Of a stretch of 64,000 nucleotides of DNA, positions 11,506 to 24,970 are shown in pieces. Made by a program: the position numbers and the translations under genes. Positions within the stretch are counted from its first letter, which is position 1, and every line of letters begins with the position of its first letter. The notes below the pieces were generated by a model. That model did no database searches and had not been told where the DNA came from. It worked only from the letters and a program-made list of their open reading frames with translations. The stretch is from Octopus sinensis (Eukaryota): the NCBI RefSeq assembly GCF_006345805.1, contig NC_043002.1, positions 110,670,001 to 110,734,000 on the forward strand, written 5' to 3'.

Positions 11506-13842
11506 ATCATCATCATCATTTAATGTCCATTGTCCATGCTGGCATGGGTTGGACAGTTTGACCAGGTTGGCATGCTGGAAGGCTGATTTGGCATGGTTTT
11601 CTACGGCTGGATGTCCTTCATAACCTAACCACTCCGAGAGTGTAATGGGTGCTTTTACATGCCACTGGGGTATTATTATGTACCACTGGCATGGGTGCCA
11701 ATTTGCATGACACTGGTATCTTCCATGCCTACAATTTTGCTCAGCTTGATGGGTCTTCTTCTCAAGCATGATATAATGCCAAAGATCTCAGCCATTGCTT
11801 CCATGAGGCCCAATGTTCGAAAGGAACTCAGCCACTTTGCTTCCATGAGGCCCAACACTCGAAAGGACCCCAACCACTTTGCTTCTGCGAGGCCCAATGG
11901 TCAAAAGGCATACTTTACATGTCACCACCCTTGGTGCACTTGGCTTGACAGATCCTCTCAAGCACAGCACATCACCAAAGGTTGTGGTCACTAGTCATTG
12001 CCTTTGTGAGGCTCAAAGTTTGAAGATCATGCTTCACCACCTCATCCTATGTTTTCCTGGGTCTACCTTTACCACAGGTTCCCTCCACAGTTGGAGATTA
12101 GAACTTCTTTACACAGCCGTCCTCATCCATATGCATCACATGACCATACCAATGCAATCATCTCTCTTGCACACCACATCTGATTCCTCTTATACCTAAT
12201 TTTTCTCTCAAGATGCTTACACTCTTTTGAACATGCACACTGGCATTGCACATCTAGCGAAACATACTGGCTTCATTTCTCTCAAGCCTATGCATGTCCT
12301 TGGCTGTCATAGCCCATGTTTCACTGCCATGCAGCATAGCTGTTCGCACACAGGCATCAAACAATCTGCCTTTCACTCTGAGAGAGAGCCCCTTTGTTAC
12401 CAGCAGGGGTAGGAGCTCTCTGAACTTTGTCCAGCTTAATCTTATTCTCACAGCTACACTCTCGGAGCATCCACCTCCACTACTAACGTGATCACCTGGA
12501 TAACAGAAGCTATCTACTACCTCTACCTTGACCCCCTGACAGTTGATGGAGTCTATTTTCTGCACATTTTCAGTGTTTATTGTACCTGTGCATCTTCACC
12601 AAACAAAAGCTGGTTTCCTTGTTAACCTTCCTCTGATATTGCTGCACCTTTTATGTTTCCAGAGCTTACACTGGGTGCATCATATGAAGTTTCTACCTAC
12701 ACCTTTTCTACTGATTGAGCAGGGTCATCTACCTGAAGGGATTTGTGAGTTGTCTGCCTTCCTACTTACTAAGACTTTGGTTTTTGCTAGGTTAACTCTA
12801 AGACCCTTTGATTCTAGACCTTGCTTCCATAGCTGGAACTTCTTCTCTAGTTCAGGTAGTGATTGAATTATAAGAGCAAGGTCATCAGCATAGAGGAGCT
12901 ATCAGAGGCAACCTGTCTTGAATTCCACTGTTATTGCCTAGATGAATAAGGTGGGGCTGAGCATTGATCCTTGGTGATCCCCTTCTTCACTGTACTCATT
13001 GCCAACCCTCACCTTACTGGTAGCATCCCTGTACATAGCTTGTACAGCTCTCACCAACCACTCATCTATCCCTAGTTTCTGCATTGATCGCTAGATAAGG
13101 GATTGGGGTACCCTGTCAAGGGCTTTCTCCAAGTCAACAAAATCCAAGTACAGAGGTTTATCTTTGGCTATTTATTTTTCCTGCAGCTGCCTTGCCAGAA
13201 ATATAGCATCAGTGGTGCTTATACTTGGCACAAAACCAAACTGCATCTCATCTAAGCTAACTCTCCTTAATTAGTTGGGCTATGACTCTCTGTAACTTTC
13301 ATCACCTGATCCAGCAATTTGATACCTCTTTAATTATTTCTATCTAATGTATCACCTTTACCTTTGCAGCAGTTGAATATGGTGCTGCTACACCAGTCAT
13401 TGGGTATGACTCCTTTGTGAACCACCTGGTTTACAATAAGGGTGACTAGACCATAACCCACACCACCAGATATTTTAAGCATCTCAGTGGAAATTCTTGA
13501 TGGGCCAGGAAGGGCTTTACCTGTCTTCATATCCTTAATTGCTTTATCTACCATGGAACTGTTGATTCGGGTAGCCAGTCCCTCATTTGGGTCAACATTT
13601 GACAGACTCTCCTCCTCCCACTCATTCTCTGCGTTCAGCAGTCTTTCTTAATGGCATTTCCAAGCCTCTTTCTTTGCAGAATCATTACATACAATTGCAC
13701 CATTATCCACATAGACACATTTCTCTCCTATGACATCATGATTTTCTCTCACACACTGTCTTGCAATCCGAAACACTTCAGTCCTTTGGTCCTCATGTCA
13801 CTTCTTTTCTGCTTCTCCCTTGGCTAGATGTACTTGTCTCTC
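11506..13842 (-). mobile_element. 5'-truncated RTE-clade LINE, decayed RT ORF plus 3' UTR
   Basis: AIKDMKTGKA.GPS, MQFGF, FVDLEKA, LLYADD (12881-12892), CYPGD, LHGSETW; 3' tail ...catgccagcatggacaatggacattaaa(tga)n. Multiple stops and frameshifts. Confidence 0.92.
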
Positions 13843-14243
13843 TCTTTTACTCTTTTACTTGTTTCAGTCATTTGACTGCGGTCATGCTGGAGCACCACCT
13901 TTAATCGAGCAACTCAACCCCGGGACTTATTCTTTTGTAAGCCCAGTACTTATTCTGTCAGTCTCTTTTTGCCGAACCGCTAAATAACAGGGACATAAAC
14001 ACACCAGCATCAGTTGTCAAGCAATGCTAGGGGGACAAACACAGACACACAAACACACATATATATATATACATATGTACGACGGGCTTCTATCAGTTTC
14101 CGTCTACCAAATCCATTCACAAGGCTTTGGTCGGCCCAAGGCTATAGTAGAAGACACTTGCCCAAGGTGCCACGCAGTGGGACTGAACCCAGAACCATGT
14201 GGTTGGTAAACAAGCTACTTACCACACAGCCACTCCTGCGCCT
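13843..14243 (-). mobile_element. SINE family A
   Basis: Full-length match, abutting the truncated RTE. Confidence 0.88.
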
Positions 14244-15445
14244 ATGAAGATTTATTTAGATATCAAAATAATGCAGTTGACTGGTTTCACTTTCATATAA
14301 TTTTCCAAAGTGTACATTATGAAGAATGTGGAGGTGTGTCACAAACTGACAGTCTGCAGTGCAGCCCCACATTTCTCATAATCTATATAGGTATTTTTGA
14401 AAATCATACAAATGTGAAATCAGTCAAAGGTATTATTTTGAAATTTAAGTAAGTCATCAAATATACTCTGCATTATCAACTTTTATTTCTTATATATGTC
14501 TGTATGTTTGTGTCACTGATATACAAGTTGTGTCATTGATTTCCAGTATTCTTTGTAAACCTGTCTAGTCACAGAAAATCTACCTCAATAAAATTCCATC
14601 CAGTCATTCAAGCATGGAATAGTGGATGTTAGAATGCAACGATGATGATGATGAATAAATACAAGAATGGTAAATGGCAGACTATGTAATGTTGGACTAA
14701 GATAACTTTCCATATCTGATCACATTCCTTTCTTCTTGGATATTACTAGAGTCAGCTTTGTACTTTTTACAATAAATTCAGTACCAATGACATACAGATG
14801 TCAAATTAATCAGTTGTATACCTTTGCTCAAAATTTGTGACCTAATTTTACTGTTAGAGATCATTATAAAGACAACAAAAAGTCATTAAAAGAAAACTTT
14901 GAATTAAGATATATTAGGTGATTTTTAATAGAACTATTGAAAGAGGAAAAATAAAACCTGCGGCAGTTTCTGTAAAAGATTCTTTCAAACAATAGTGAAA
15001 GAAAAAAGATAAGTATTTTCATAAAAGACAAGAACCCCCATGATGAAAAAGCAATTAAAAACTAAAAATGTTTGAAAAAAAATCAACGGCTTCAAATTTC
15101 AAGCTGAAATAATTGAAAATTGGTAGCAATGTTGGTAATATTGCTAGAAGCACAATTAACAACTTGATGGCAGTTGGAAGAGTTTTTTGGCTGTGATTGT
15201 TGTTATAAACAGTGATATGTATAGAATACAGCTGAAATGATAAAATGTGACACTCTTGAGATATTATAGTATTTTCTCTTGGCTTAGTGTATGAGTTTAG
15301 TACTTGGAGTGATTCCAATGTACTTCAAGAGAATATCAGTTTATACCTCATGGCAGCAACCTGCTTTGATGTTACTGAATGTCTGAACTGTTCCTTTTCT
15401 CAAAGTTGTGTTCTTCATTTTTTTTATTTGACACTATATATTGTA

Positions 15446-15845
15446 CTAGCAGTATCGCCCGGCGTTGCTCGGGTTTGTAAGGGAAATAACTATATAAGCA
15501 TTTTTAGAGAGTTATAGCCAAAAAATAGCAAAAAAATGCATTAAAAATGGAAAAAAAATAATGGTAAATTTTTTTTTTAAATCGTTGACTCATCGTAGAC
15601 ATTTTTAGAGAGTTACTTCCCTTATACAATAGCGAAAAAAATGCATTAAAATGGAAAAAAATGATGGTAAATTTTTTTTTTAATCGTAGCCTCATCGTAG
15701 ACGCATGCTAATACCCAGAAGGGCTCGATATGAATCACGACTATAAGATACCCGGTTTTGGTTAAACTGCACCGCAAAATATGGGAGTAGTTAGGAATCT
15801 AAATCGTAGGAGACAGACACACAACTTGACTTTTATATATAAAGA
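15446..15845 (-). mobile_element. Non-autonomous Helitron-type element (400 bp)
   Basis: On the - strand: A|TCTTTATATATAAAAG ... CCCGAGCAACGCCGGG hairpin ... CTAG|T, no TSD; internal ~101-bp tandem duplication. Confidence 0.8.
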
Positions 15846-16469
15846 TAAGATATTGGAATACCTACTTATAGATCATGAGATCAAATCTCCAACAAATGTT
15901 GCATTGCATTTCTGGGCAGAATACACTATTGTACATTGCTTCAGTTAGCTCTAGAATGTTACCAGCAATTTATTGTCACCCTACCCACGAGGAACGAGAG
16001 AGAGAGAGAGAGATTTCCTCTACTTCACATTAGGAAACTAGGTCAATCATAATAATCACTTAATCCAATATCTACATTTATGTTTTTCTAGGCTCAGTTC
16101 AAATTATGTGGTGGCAAACCCAATCCCGTAAAATCAACATTGTTGTGTACCAGCAAAAATCATATTGCTCATTCCTGCTGCAACTAGAATTATATTCCTT
16201 TACATGTGTTATATGATATAAGTGGAGTAGGCAATGGTTATCAAAAGCACAAGCTATGTGCTTCCATCTTAAGAACAGACTAGTAAGCTTCTTGGTTTAC
16301 ATTTCATAACTATGATACAGTTATGACATGGTGTCAGATATTTTGATGGAATCTAGTTGTACCCCTATAATTAGTCTCTTTAATGCTAGAGATATTCTCC
16401 ACTACCAAACAAAATGGGAGAAATATTAAATATCTAATGGATCTGTGAAAATAGGCATATGTCTGGTAA

Positions 16470-16685
16470 GTGTTTAAACCGGCCATATCCGGCCCAAATA
16501 TTCTATATGTTTTATATTCAAACTGGCCATATCTAGCCTTTCACACCTAACCTACAATGCCATTCTAAAAATAAACAATCACATCATTGAAACCTCAAAG
16601 CTAAGATAATGCTTGATGAATTCAAAAAAATTTGAATAAAAAATATATTACATTTAACAGTGTAATCTGAATACTAAATAGTTAA
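16470..16685. mobile_element. Diverged MITE family E copy
   Basis: tttaaaccggccatatccggcc...aatctgaatactaaatagttaa; left TIR damaged. Confidence 0.6.
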
Positions 16686-17448
16686 GAATTTTACTCACAA
16701 TTTGGTTTTGTGAATTAACCATTGTTCTAGATTATTGATGTTTATTTTGATTACTGATGTATGCTATATATGCTGGTGGTGTATCATTACTCCTATTTGT
16801 TGGTTAATCTCATAGCTGACAGGTGAGTCACCACTGAACTTCATTTCAAAACAATTGACTCAGTGACTTTGCTGCCGAATCAAAATTACTAAATGGTTGA
16901 ATATCAGTTCCTAACTCCTAAATCTATATCTGGTGTTAACCTACCTGGCAAAAGGGTGTATCTTCAAGGAAGATTTTAGGTGACTGTTGAGAAGGCTGCT
17001 GTGTTAGCTGATATAATTGCACTGCTACTATGCAGTATTGGCAAACAAGGTGAAGATATTTGTATCAATTTCATGTATGTGGATGGTTATAGTACAAAAA
17101 AAATTATATATGTGAATATCATATACAGCTGTAATTGTTGCTGATTTAGCCAGCCTCTTTCTGAGGTTACATTTTGTATTTTGATGCATTAATATAAGAG
17201 TTTTTTGACTAATTTTATAAAAGGATCCCAATCCTATTAAGTCACATATTCTAATCATCTGGATATTGTCAAATAAGAAGAATCAATCAAACTATAAGAG
17301 TTAATATGATGACTGGCATTTATTCCAATTTGCCATTTGATATCTACAGATGCAAGAGATTCTGGGATAAACACATACTGGATTTTAAATGAGGATTTCT
17401 TAATTGAATCACCAACATTTGACTATGTAACAAATTGTTTTAGTTTAC

Positions 17449-17624
17449 TGGCACGTAAAAAGCACCCACTACACTCACGCAGTGGTTGACGTTAGGAAGG
17501 GCATCCAGCCGTAGAAACATTGCCAGATCAAACTGGGCCTGGGGCAGCCTTCTGGCTTCCCAGACCCCAGTTGAACCGTCCAACCCATGCTAGCATGGAA
17601 AGCGGACGCTAAACGATGATGATG
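17449..17624 (+). mobile_element. RTE 3' UTR fragment
   Basis: ggcacgtaaaaagcaccc...ggaagggcatcc...ggacgctaaac(gat)n. Confidence 0.8.
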
Positions 17625-17838
17625 TTGCCAGTAGCACTCAGAGTAACCTGACATCTGATTAATACATAATTTCAACGAACCTGATGACCTTGGTTTACTC
17701 CACAGAGTCGGAGAATACACAGTACATATTGCAGCAAACATTGCAGTTATAAATGTCTTAGACATATGTAAGTAAAACGTTGGCTAAAAGTGCCATGGGT
17801 TCTCAGCTGAAGCCCATTACATTTTGTTTCCACCTAAT

Positions 17839-18590
17839 ATCATCATGATTATCATCCTTTAATGTTCGTTTTCCGTGCAGGCATGAGTTGGGTGGTTTGA
17901 CTAGAGCTGGAAAGTTAGAGAGCTGCGCCAAGTTTCAGTCTGATTTGGCTTGGTTTCTACAACTGGATGCTCTTTCTAACACCAATCTATTTCTTTACTA
18001 CCCACAAGGGGCTAAACACAGAGAGGACAAACAAGGACAGACAAACGGATTAAGTCGATTACATCGACCCCAGTGCGTAACTGGTACTTATTTAATCGAC
18101 CCCGAAAGGATGAAAGGCAAAGTCGACCTCGACGGAATTTGAACTCAGAACGTAAAGACAGACGAAATACCGCTAAGTATTTCGACCGGTGCGCTAACGT
18201 GTCTGCCAGCTCGCCGCCTTAACACCAACCACTTTACAGTATGTGTTGGTTGCTTTTACCATGGCATTGGCGCAAGTGCTTTTTCCATGGTACTGGCACA
18301 GGATTCTATCAGGCCAATCCTCTTCACCAGGGAAAGCAGCCTTAACATTTCTGCTGTGGAAGACAGGTCTTCCTGAGTACAGCATGGCACCAGGTATCTT
18401 GGTCCTTTGTCATCATGTCTGGAAGGTTCAGTGTCCTGAGGTTGTCCCTCAGTATTTCGTCCCATGTCTCCCTGGGCCTCCTTTTTTATGGAGCTGTCGG
18501 CATCCATCCACATCACATGACCAAACCAGCACAGTCTTCTCTCTTGCACCTTGCATCCAATTCCTCTTGTGCCTAGCTTCTCTCTCAAAT
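17839..18590 (-). mobile_element. RTE LINE 3' fragment interrupted by a SINE
   Basis: RRLCWFGHVMWMD C-terminal RTE motif, 3' UTR and (gat)n tail; SINE-B inserted at 17988-18219. Confidence 0.82.
17988..18219 (-). mobile_element. SINE family B nested in an RTE 3' UTR
   Basis: TSD taacaccaa(t/c)c. Confidence 0.88.
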
Positions 18591-19335
18591 CACTATGGGA
18601 AATCTAGAGGAAATCAGGCTTGTAGAACTATGTTACTTTATTCCCAAAAGAGTTATACTCATGACCACCACCTAAAAAAAATCCTTGTTTATGAACCAAT
18701 TAATGAACTTCTACATGTCACTCAGCCTGCTAGAAATAGCAGCCAAATATCACTAAAATCATACCCTACAATTTAAAAAATTAAGGACATACTGTATAAT
18801 ATAGTCTGAGGTGCACTATGCCTTGAAAAAAGAAAGCAAATTAAGGAGTTACAATTGGAATGCGTTTTCTTTATAAATCTAAACAATCAGAGCTATCTCG
18901 GTGGAGTCGGCTAAACAACATGATTAACATTGTCAATTTCATAGTATTGCTCTAGTAAGTAGTGGTGGTCACTTTGTTACCCATTTAACAACTTGTCGAA
19001 CCTGGTCATTTGTAAATTGCTTTGATATGGACATAATGCAATGGTGGTGGTAGTGGAATATGAATCACTAGCCTGTCAGTTTGTAGGTTATCCAATACCT
19101 TACTAACTTCATCACTCAGACCCTCATGGACTATACATCAGTTACTTTGTTGTAGCCCACACTGAATATGCAATTTTTATTCATAGTTTTAAAACTGAAG
19201 AACATGAATTAAGTAATGAGAATACTTTCAAATGTGTAATTGTCATGCATTTAAAGTTTATTTCAGAACCTCATATTTGAATTAGATTTGTGATTGATAT
19301 GAAAACTAAACTGTATAAATTACTAAGTGTTTTAA

Positions 19336-19580
19336 GTGCCGGTGGCACGTAAAAAGCACCATCCATTCGTGGCCGATGCCAGACCCCTCTGGCACCTGTG
19401 CAGGTGGCACGTAAAAAGCACCCACTACACTCGCGGAGTGGTTGGCGTTAGGAAGGGCATCCAGCTGTAGAAACACTGCCAGATCAGACTGGAGCCTGGT
19501 GCAGCCCCTGGCTTCCCAGACCCTGGTCGAACCGTCCAACCCGTGCTAGCACGGAAAACAGACGTTAAACGATGATGATC
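19336..19580 (+). mobile_element. RTE LINE 3' UTR fragment with 115-bp target-site duplication
   Basis: Same 3' UTR and tail as 1964-2509; direct repeats at 19221-19335 and 19581-19695 with one mismatch. Confidence 0.85.
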
Positions 19581-19859
19581 AATACTTTCAAATGTGTAAT
19601 TGTCATGCATTTAAAGTTTATTTCAGAACCTCATATTTGAATTAGATTTGTGATTAATATGAAAACTAAACTGTATAAATTACTAAGTGTTTTAATTATA
19701 TGACATAGAAATCAAACTATGGTTAAATTGGTGATCAAATGGCGTAGTTTTGTGAAAAGTGAAGTGGTTTGAAACAAAGGAATGAAGAAACAATTAAGTG
19801 TAGATGGTAAAGATTGGGTCATTGCTTCAGTCCTTGCCTGAAGGTTGGTTGATCCTTAA

Positions 19860-20501
19860 CCCTTTAGTGTTCAGATTATTCAATCAAACATAATGCTTGT
19901 TGATTCCCATTGATTTGAATTAATCATGCATTATCTCATATCTTCAAGATCTTGATGGTGCAATTACTCTTTACTCTTTTACTCTTTTACTTGTTTCAGT
20001 CATTTGACTGCGGCCATGCTGGAGCACCGCCTTTAATCGATAAACTCGACCCCGGGACTTATTCTTTTTGTAAGCCCAGTACTTATTCTATCGGTCTCTT
20101 TTGCCGAACCGCTAAGTAACAGGGACATAAACACACCAGCATCGGTTGCCAAGCAATGCTAGAGGGACAAACACAGACACACAAACAACACACATACATA
20201 TACATATATATACATATATACGACAGGCTTCTTTCAGTTTCCGTCTACCAAATCCACTCACAAGGCTTTGGTCGGCCCAAGGCTATAGCAGAAAACACTC
20301 GCCCAAGGTGCCACGCAGTGGGACTGAGCCCGGAACCATGTGGGTGGTAGACAAGCTACTTACCACACAGCCACTCCTGCGCCTAATTACTTAATGTAGA
20401 ATAACATTGTAGGGTAGGTGTGAGAGCCTGGATCTGGTCAGTTTGAACATAAAACAGATTAGCTATTTTGGCCGGGTATGGCCGGTTTAAATACTAAAGG
20501 G
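19860..20501. mobile_element. piggyBac-type MITE family E (219 bp plus nested SINE-A)
   Basis: TTAA|CCCTTTAGT...ACTAAAGGG|TTAA (19856-19859, 20502-20505); SINE inserted at about 19965-20384 with TSD aattact. Confidence 0.85.
19965..20384 (-). mobile_element. SINE family A nested in a piggyBac MITE
   Basis: Full length, 7-bp TSD aattact. Confidence 0.88.
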
Positions 20502-23446
20502 TTAAAGCAGTATAATGGATAGTCTAAAGTACCACAAGAGAAAGGTCTAGTTCTATGTAGCATTGAACAATTTATAGAGAAAGAAATGATAGCAGAGGCT
20601 GAAACAGAAACACAAAAACAGATAAGACTGACAAGGATATGTGGAGATCTTTTATGTCAAATAGCATTGTAGACATTAATAGTAACAGTTGCTTTCACAT
20701 TTGTTTATTAATTGGTCCAATACAATTGATTGAATATTGTTTTTGCCAAATATTTTCTCAAGTAGGGTTAACTGTAGCTTTTCAAATGTATCAGGTCATC
20801 CCATAAGTTCTGTCGAATTTTACCTTTTTTAAAATTGAATGAAATTTAATAGTATTTTTATGCATTTATGTACATTTTGGGCAACCAGTTAAGATCTCCT
20901 ACAGTTCTGCTCAATCAGTTTTATTCTTTTGTGGATGTTTTTGCAGTTGTTTAGCATCAGGTTAACTCTGATCAAGCAGATCTGTAATCACAAGTATTCC
21001 TGCTGTAGCTCTCCTAGCTTTTTTTTCCTGCATATATGTCTGGGGTTATATTTCCCCATGTATCCTCCCTATTTTAAGGCATTTGAGGAAAATTTAGCTA
21101 CTATTTCTAGCATTTTAAATGACTACATGAATACACTTTTGTAGATTCTTGTGTTAGAGTGTTGTTATTTAACCCCAGGTCAGCCCTCATTGAGCCAACT
21201 GCATCAAATTTCTTCTAATTATGATCATCCTAGTTTCTCAGGCAGTTTATTTCAGATTACACTACCCAGTATTCCTTCCTTTTCTTTTTTGTGGGTATAT
21301 AAGTGAAAGAGGATTTGGCTGCTATTTTCTGAAGATTAAACAACTATAGCTTCTATTGGTGGTGCCCCAGCATGGCCACAGCTTGTGAGCTGAAACTAGA
21401 TAAACAAAAAAAAAAAATAATAAACAACTATAGCTATCTCACAAACTACAAGGAGAAAAATTAAATAGATGTCCAGTTATCTCTAACCAGAAGCAATATA
21501 GATAAAATGTGTTTATTTTCAATTTCCCCATAATTTTTGTAGCATAGTGTAAATAGGATGTGAATGTCTGAATGGAGTTTGAGATAAAGAAGTCTGAAGA
21601 AAAGGGAAACATAAAAAATAGAATGGTAGACTTGACCTCTTAGCTTATGCTGTCGCTCTAGAAGCTGCCTGAGGTATTGATTAAGAAAGTTGCAGAATAG
21701 ATTTCTTTAATGGTTCTGTTTGGTGAGTTAAAATAAACAAAGAGCACTTGGAAAGGAAGTCCATGTGCCATTTCCACTCCTTGCCTGTTATTTCTGAGTT
21801 TTTTTTTTTCTTTTGCATGAGAAGGAGTTTGGTTTTGATTAATAGTTTTAATGAATGTATTTTTTGTGTAGCAACAGTTTTATGAAGTGAAAGGGTGCAT
21901 TTGTGTGTGTAATTCTGCTTTTGTGTTTATCTATCTGTGTGTGTATCTGTTTTATTTGTGTGTGCAAATTTTATTATGGTTTTCTTCAGTTGCATATTGT
22001 GAAAAAAAAGTGGTTCTTTCAATGGTATTTTAGTCTGAAGACGTGTTTCAAGTTAACCTTTCCTTGACATTACCAAATATTTTAACTTCTTTCTATGTAT
22101 TTTTAATTAGAAATTTGATCACATTTACTGTTTTGTTTATTTTCCTGAATTTTTTTCTTTTTTATTAATCAGTAAATTTAAACTTTGGATAATCATGGAG
22201 ATTTTTGGAAATATTTTTCAGTAGGTGTGGATATCAATACAACATTTCCAAGATTGTTATGCTTTCTGCAGTGAATTCACTTTCACAGAGCAACCACCAC
22301 CTTTGTCAAAATTCACAACCTAATGGTTTAACCCTTAATATTTATTGAAAATCCTGCATGATATTGAGTTGTATTGTTGAAATTACATAAACGAATTATT
22401 AAAAGGCAGAGATGACTTATCGATTGACCATTAGCTTAATTTCATTACTAGGGAACTATTCTGAGTTCAAATTAAGTTCAACCTGCCATCAACTTTACAT
22501 TTTCTCCACAAATGTCTTTACATTTGATAAAATAAATATCATTGTACTTATATCTTTTTGAATAAGTTAATCAGAGGAAGAGGGACAGTGAATTAATGAT
22601 GCTGAACATCTCCTGGTCATTGACTGTAGAAAAAGTACTGATGGGGTAAAAGTGACTTGAGAGTTACTTCTTTATTTCTGTTCCATGCTGTTCAGGATTT
22701 TGAATTGTCTTTGGGTAGCTCCAGTAGCATATAAATATATCTTTGAAGAGAAGTCACTTGCCTTCTTGCTCAAGCCTCCTCTTTTTCTGAAGGAAGGACT
22801 GCTGTTTATGGTTAAAGTGAACCTTTCCAATAACATACGTTACCAATTCTGTGAGAGAGATTCTGAGATAGAAAAAGAGAAAAACATTTGACCCCCAAGT
22901 GCTTGGTTGGTTCTTTCTTTATTGACCCTAGAAGGATGAAAGAATAGTATAACCTCAACAAGGTCACAGAAAGCCATAACAAATAATACAACGTATTCTA
23001 TATCACACTCTGACTCTGGTAATTCACTGCCTGTAAGTTATTTACATAAATGAGAAATATAGACACTTTATTTCTTATCCTTTGTGTGTTTTATTCTTTC
23101 TTTCTTTTAATCTTCTTTGAAGTTACAGTTTTCAGAATAGTGCCAAGTAGGTGTAAAATGTCAATGATTTATGCTGTGTATTTAATAACAATGACAAAAC
23201 TATTTCCATGGCAAATCAAATCTCTGTATGCTATGGAGCCCTCAAATAACACTTTACTGTCTTAAAAAACAGGAAGAACATGTCAAATGATGTAGTTCTA
23301 AATATACCGAGCCTGAGTAACATATGGATAATGTGGTTCCACATACATTGTGTCTGAAAATTTGATTGCAAAGTCATGGTTGGAAGTCCTTTGGTCCTAG
23401 GTCTTCTTGATTAGAACTGTTCTGGGGTTAAACAATAACAACCAAT

Positions 23447-23853
23447 AGGCGCAGGAGTGGCTGTGTGGTAAGTAGCTTGCTAATCAACCACATGGTTCCG
23501 GGTTCAGTCCCACTGCGTGGCATCTTGGGCAAGTGTCTTCTGCTATAGCCCTGGGCCGACCAATGCCTTGTGAGTGGATTTGGTAGACGAAACTGAAAGA
23601 AGCCTGTCGTATATATGTATATATATATATATAAGTGTGTGTGTTTGTGTGTCTGTGTTTGTCCCCCTAGCATTGCTTGACAACCGATGCTGGTGTGTTT
23701 ACGTCCCCGTCACTTAGCGGTTCGGCAAAAAGAGACCGATAGAATAAGTACTGGGCTTACAAAGAATAAGTCCCGGGGTCGATTTGCTCGACTAAAGGCG
23801 GTGCTCCAGCATGGCCAGTCAAATGACTGAAACAAGTAAAAGAGTAAAAGAGT
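23447..23853 (+). mobile_element. SINE family A
   Basis: Full-length + strand copy. Confidence 0.9.
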
Positions 23854-24706
23854 AACCTAACTCTAGGGAAGAGTCTAAGTTAAATCTCTGTAAGCAGCTG
23901 AGGGTATCATGGTTGAGCTCTACTCAATTGGTAGTTCATAAGAGAGGCAACAAGAAAGAATTCCTGTGTATTCTAATGTAAAACACAGCTTTAAGACAGT
24001 TGCAGAGATTCTGCGGAAAATAGGATTTTACTACTGTATTACGGTTGTAATATTGTCTTTATTAATCTAAAGCAATTATCTTTGGACTAAAATTAATCGA
24101 TTGGATAAAACTTGTGGATGACAGCCATATTTTATGAGAAGTGTATTGAGGTGAGGTGTTCATATATAAAAAGAAAATCCCCAAATTTGAAATGGTAATA
24201 GAAAAGAGACATATTTGATAATACCATTTATTGATAATACCATTTATATGAGTTTTTAGTTGATGGAGTTTATGACACTGCTTGTATGACTGTGTTAATC
24301 ATTAACAACCACCATATAAACTTGCAAGACAGAAAAAGAGCAGGATGAGGAAAAAAAAGAGAATAAAAGCCCTCTTAATTAAGAGTGGAGGGAAGAGTTT
24401 TCTTTTTACTACTAATCATAATAGTATCTTTGAATAATAAGTTAATGATTATCATTGCAACTTTAAGTAGGTTTGTTACTGATAATAATCTACTCACAAT
24501 ATTATCAGCAAGAAATTCAATGAAGTTAGCATATCCACTTGAAGTGTGGTTAGCATAATGAGTTTATCATTCAATGATCCATTACATACCAGAGGACTTC
24601 TGAAGCAGTTTGTTGCACGGCACCTTCACTCCCACTCATCCAACACACTCTTCTCTCCTCCTCCTCTTGTCACCCTTATTGTGTCTACTGTCCAAATTCT
24701 GAACTT

Positions 24707-24921
24707 TCTCTTTACTCTTTTACTCTTTTACTTGTTTGTCATTTGACTGTGGCCATGCTGGAGCACCGCCTTTAGTCGAGCAAATCGACCCCGGGACTTA
24801 TTCTTTGTAAGCCCAGTACTTATTCTATTGGTCTCTTTTGCACCACCACTAAGTGACGGGGACGTAAACACACCAGCATCGGTTGTCAAGCAATGCTAGG
24901 GAGACAAACACAGACACACAA

Positions 24922-24970
<49 letters not shown>

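Noticed and set aside
14320-14382. Hairpin with inner tgtca/tgaca stem
   Set aside because: It has a large asymmetric bulge and no other support.
16900-17400. Possible highly decayed LINE on the - strand
   Set aside because: Only faint peptide hints with many stops; I cannot support a family call without a search.
18243-18776. 177-aa + strand ORF
   Set aside because: It is antisense to a decayed RTE fragment and has no recognisable domain.
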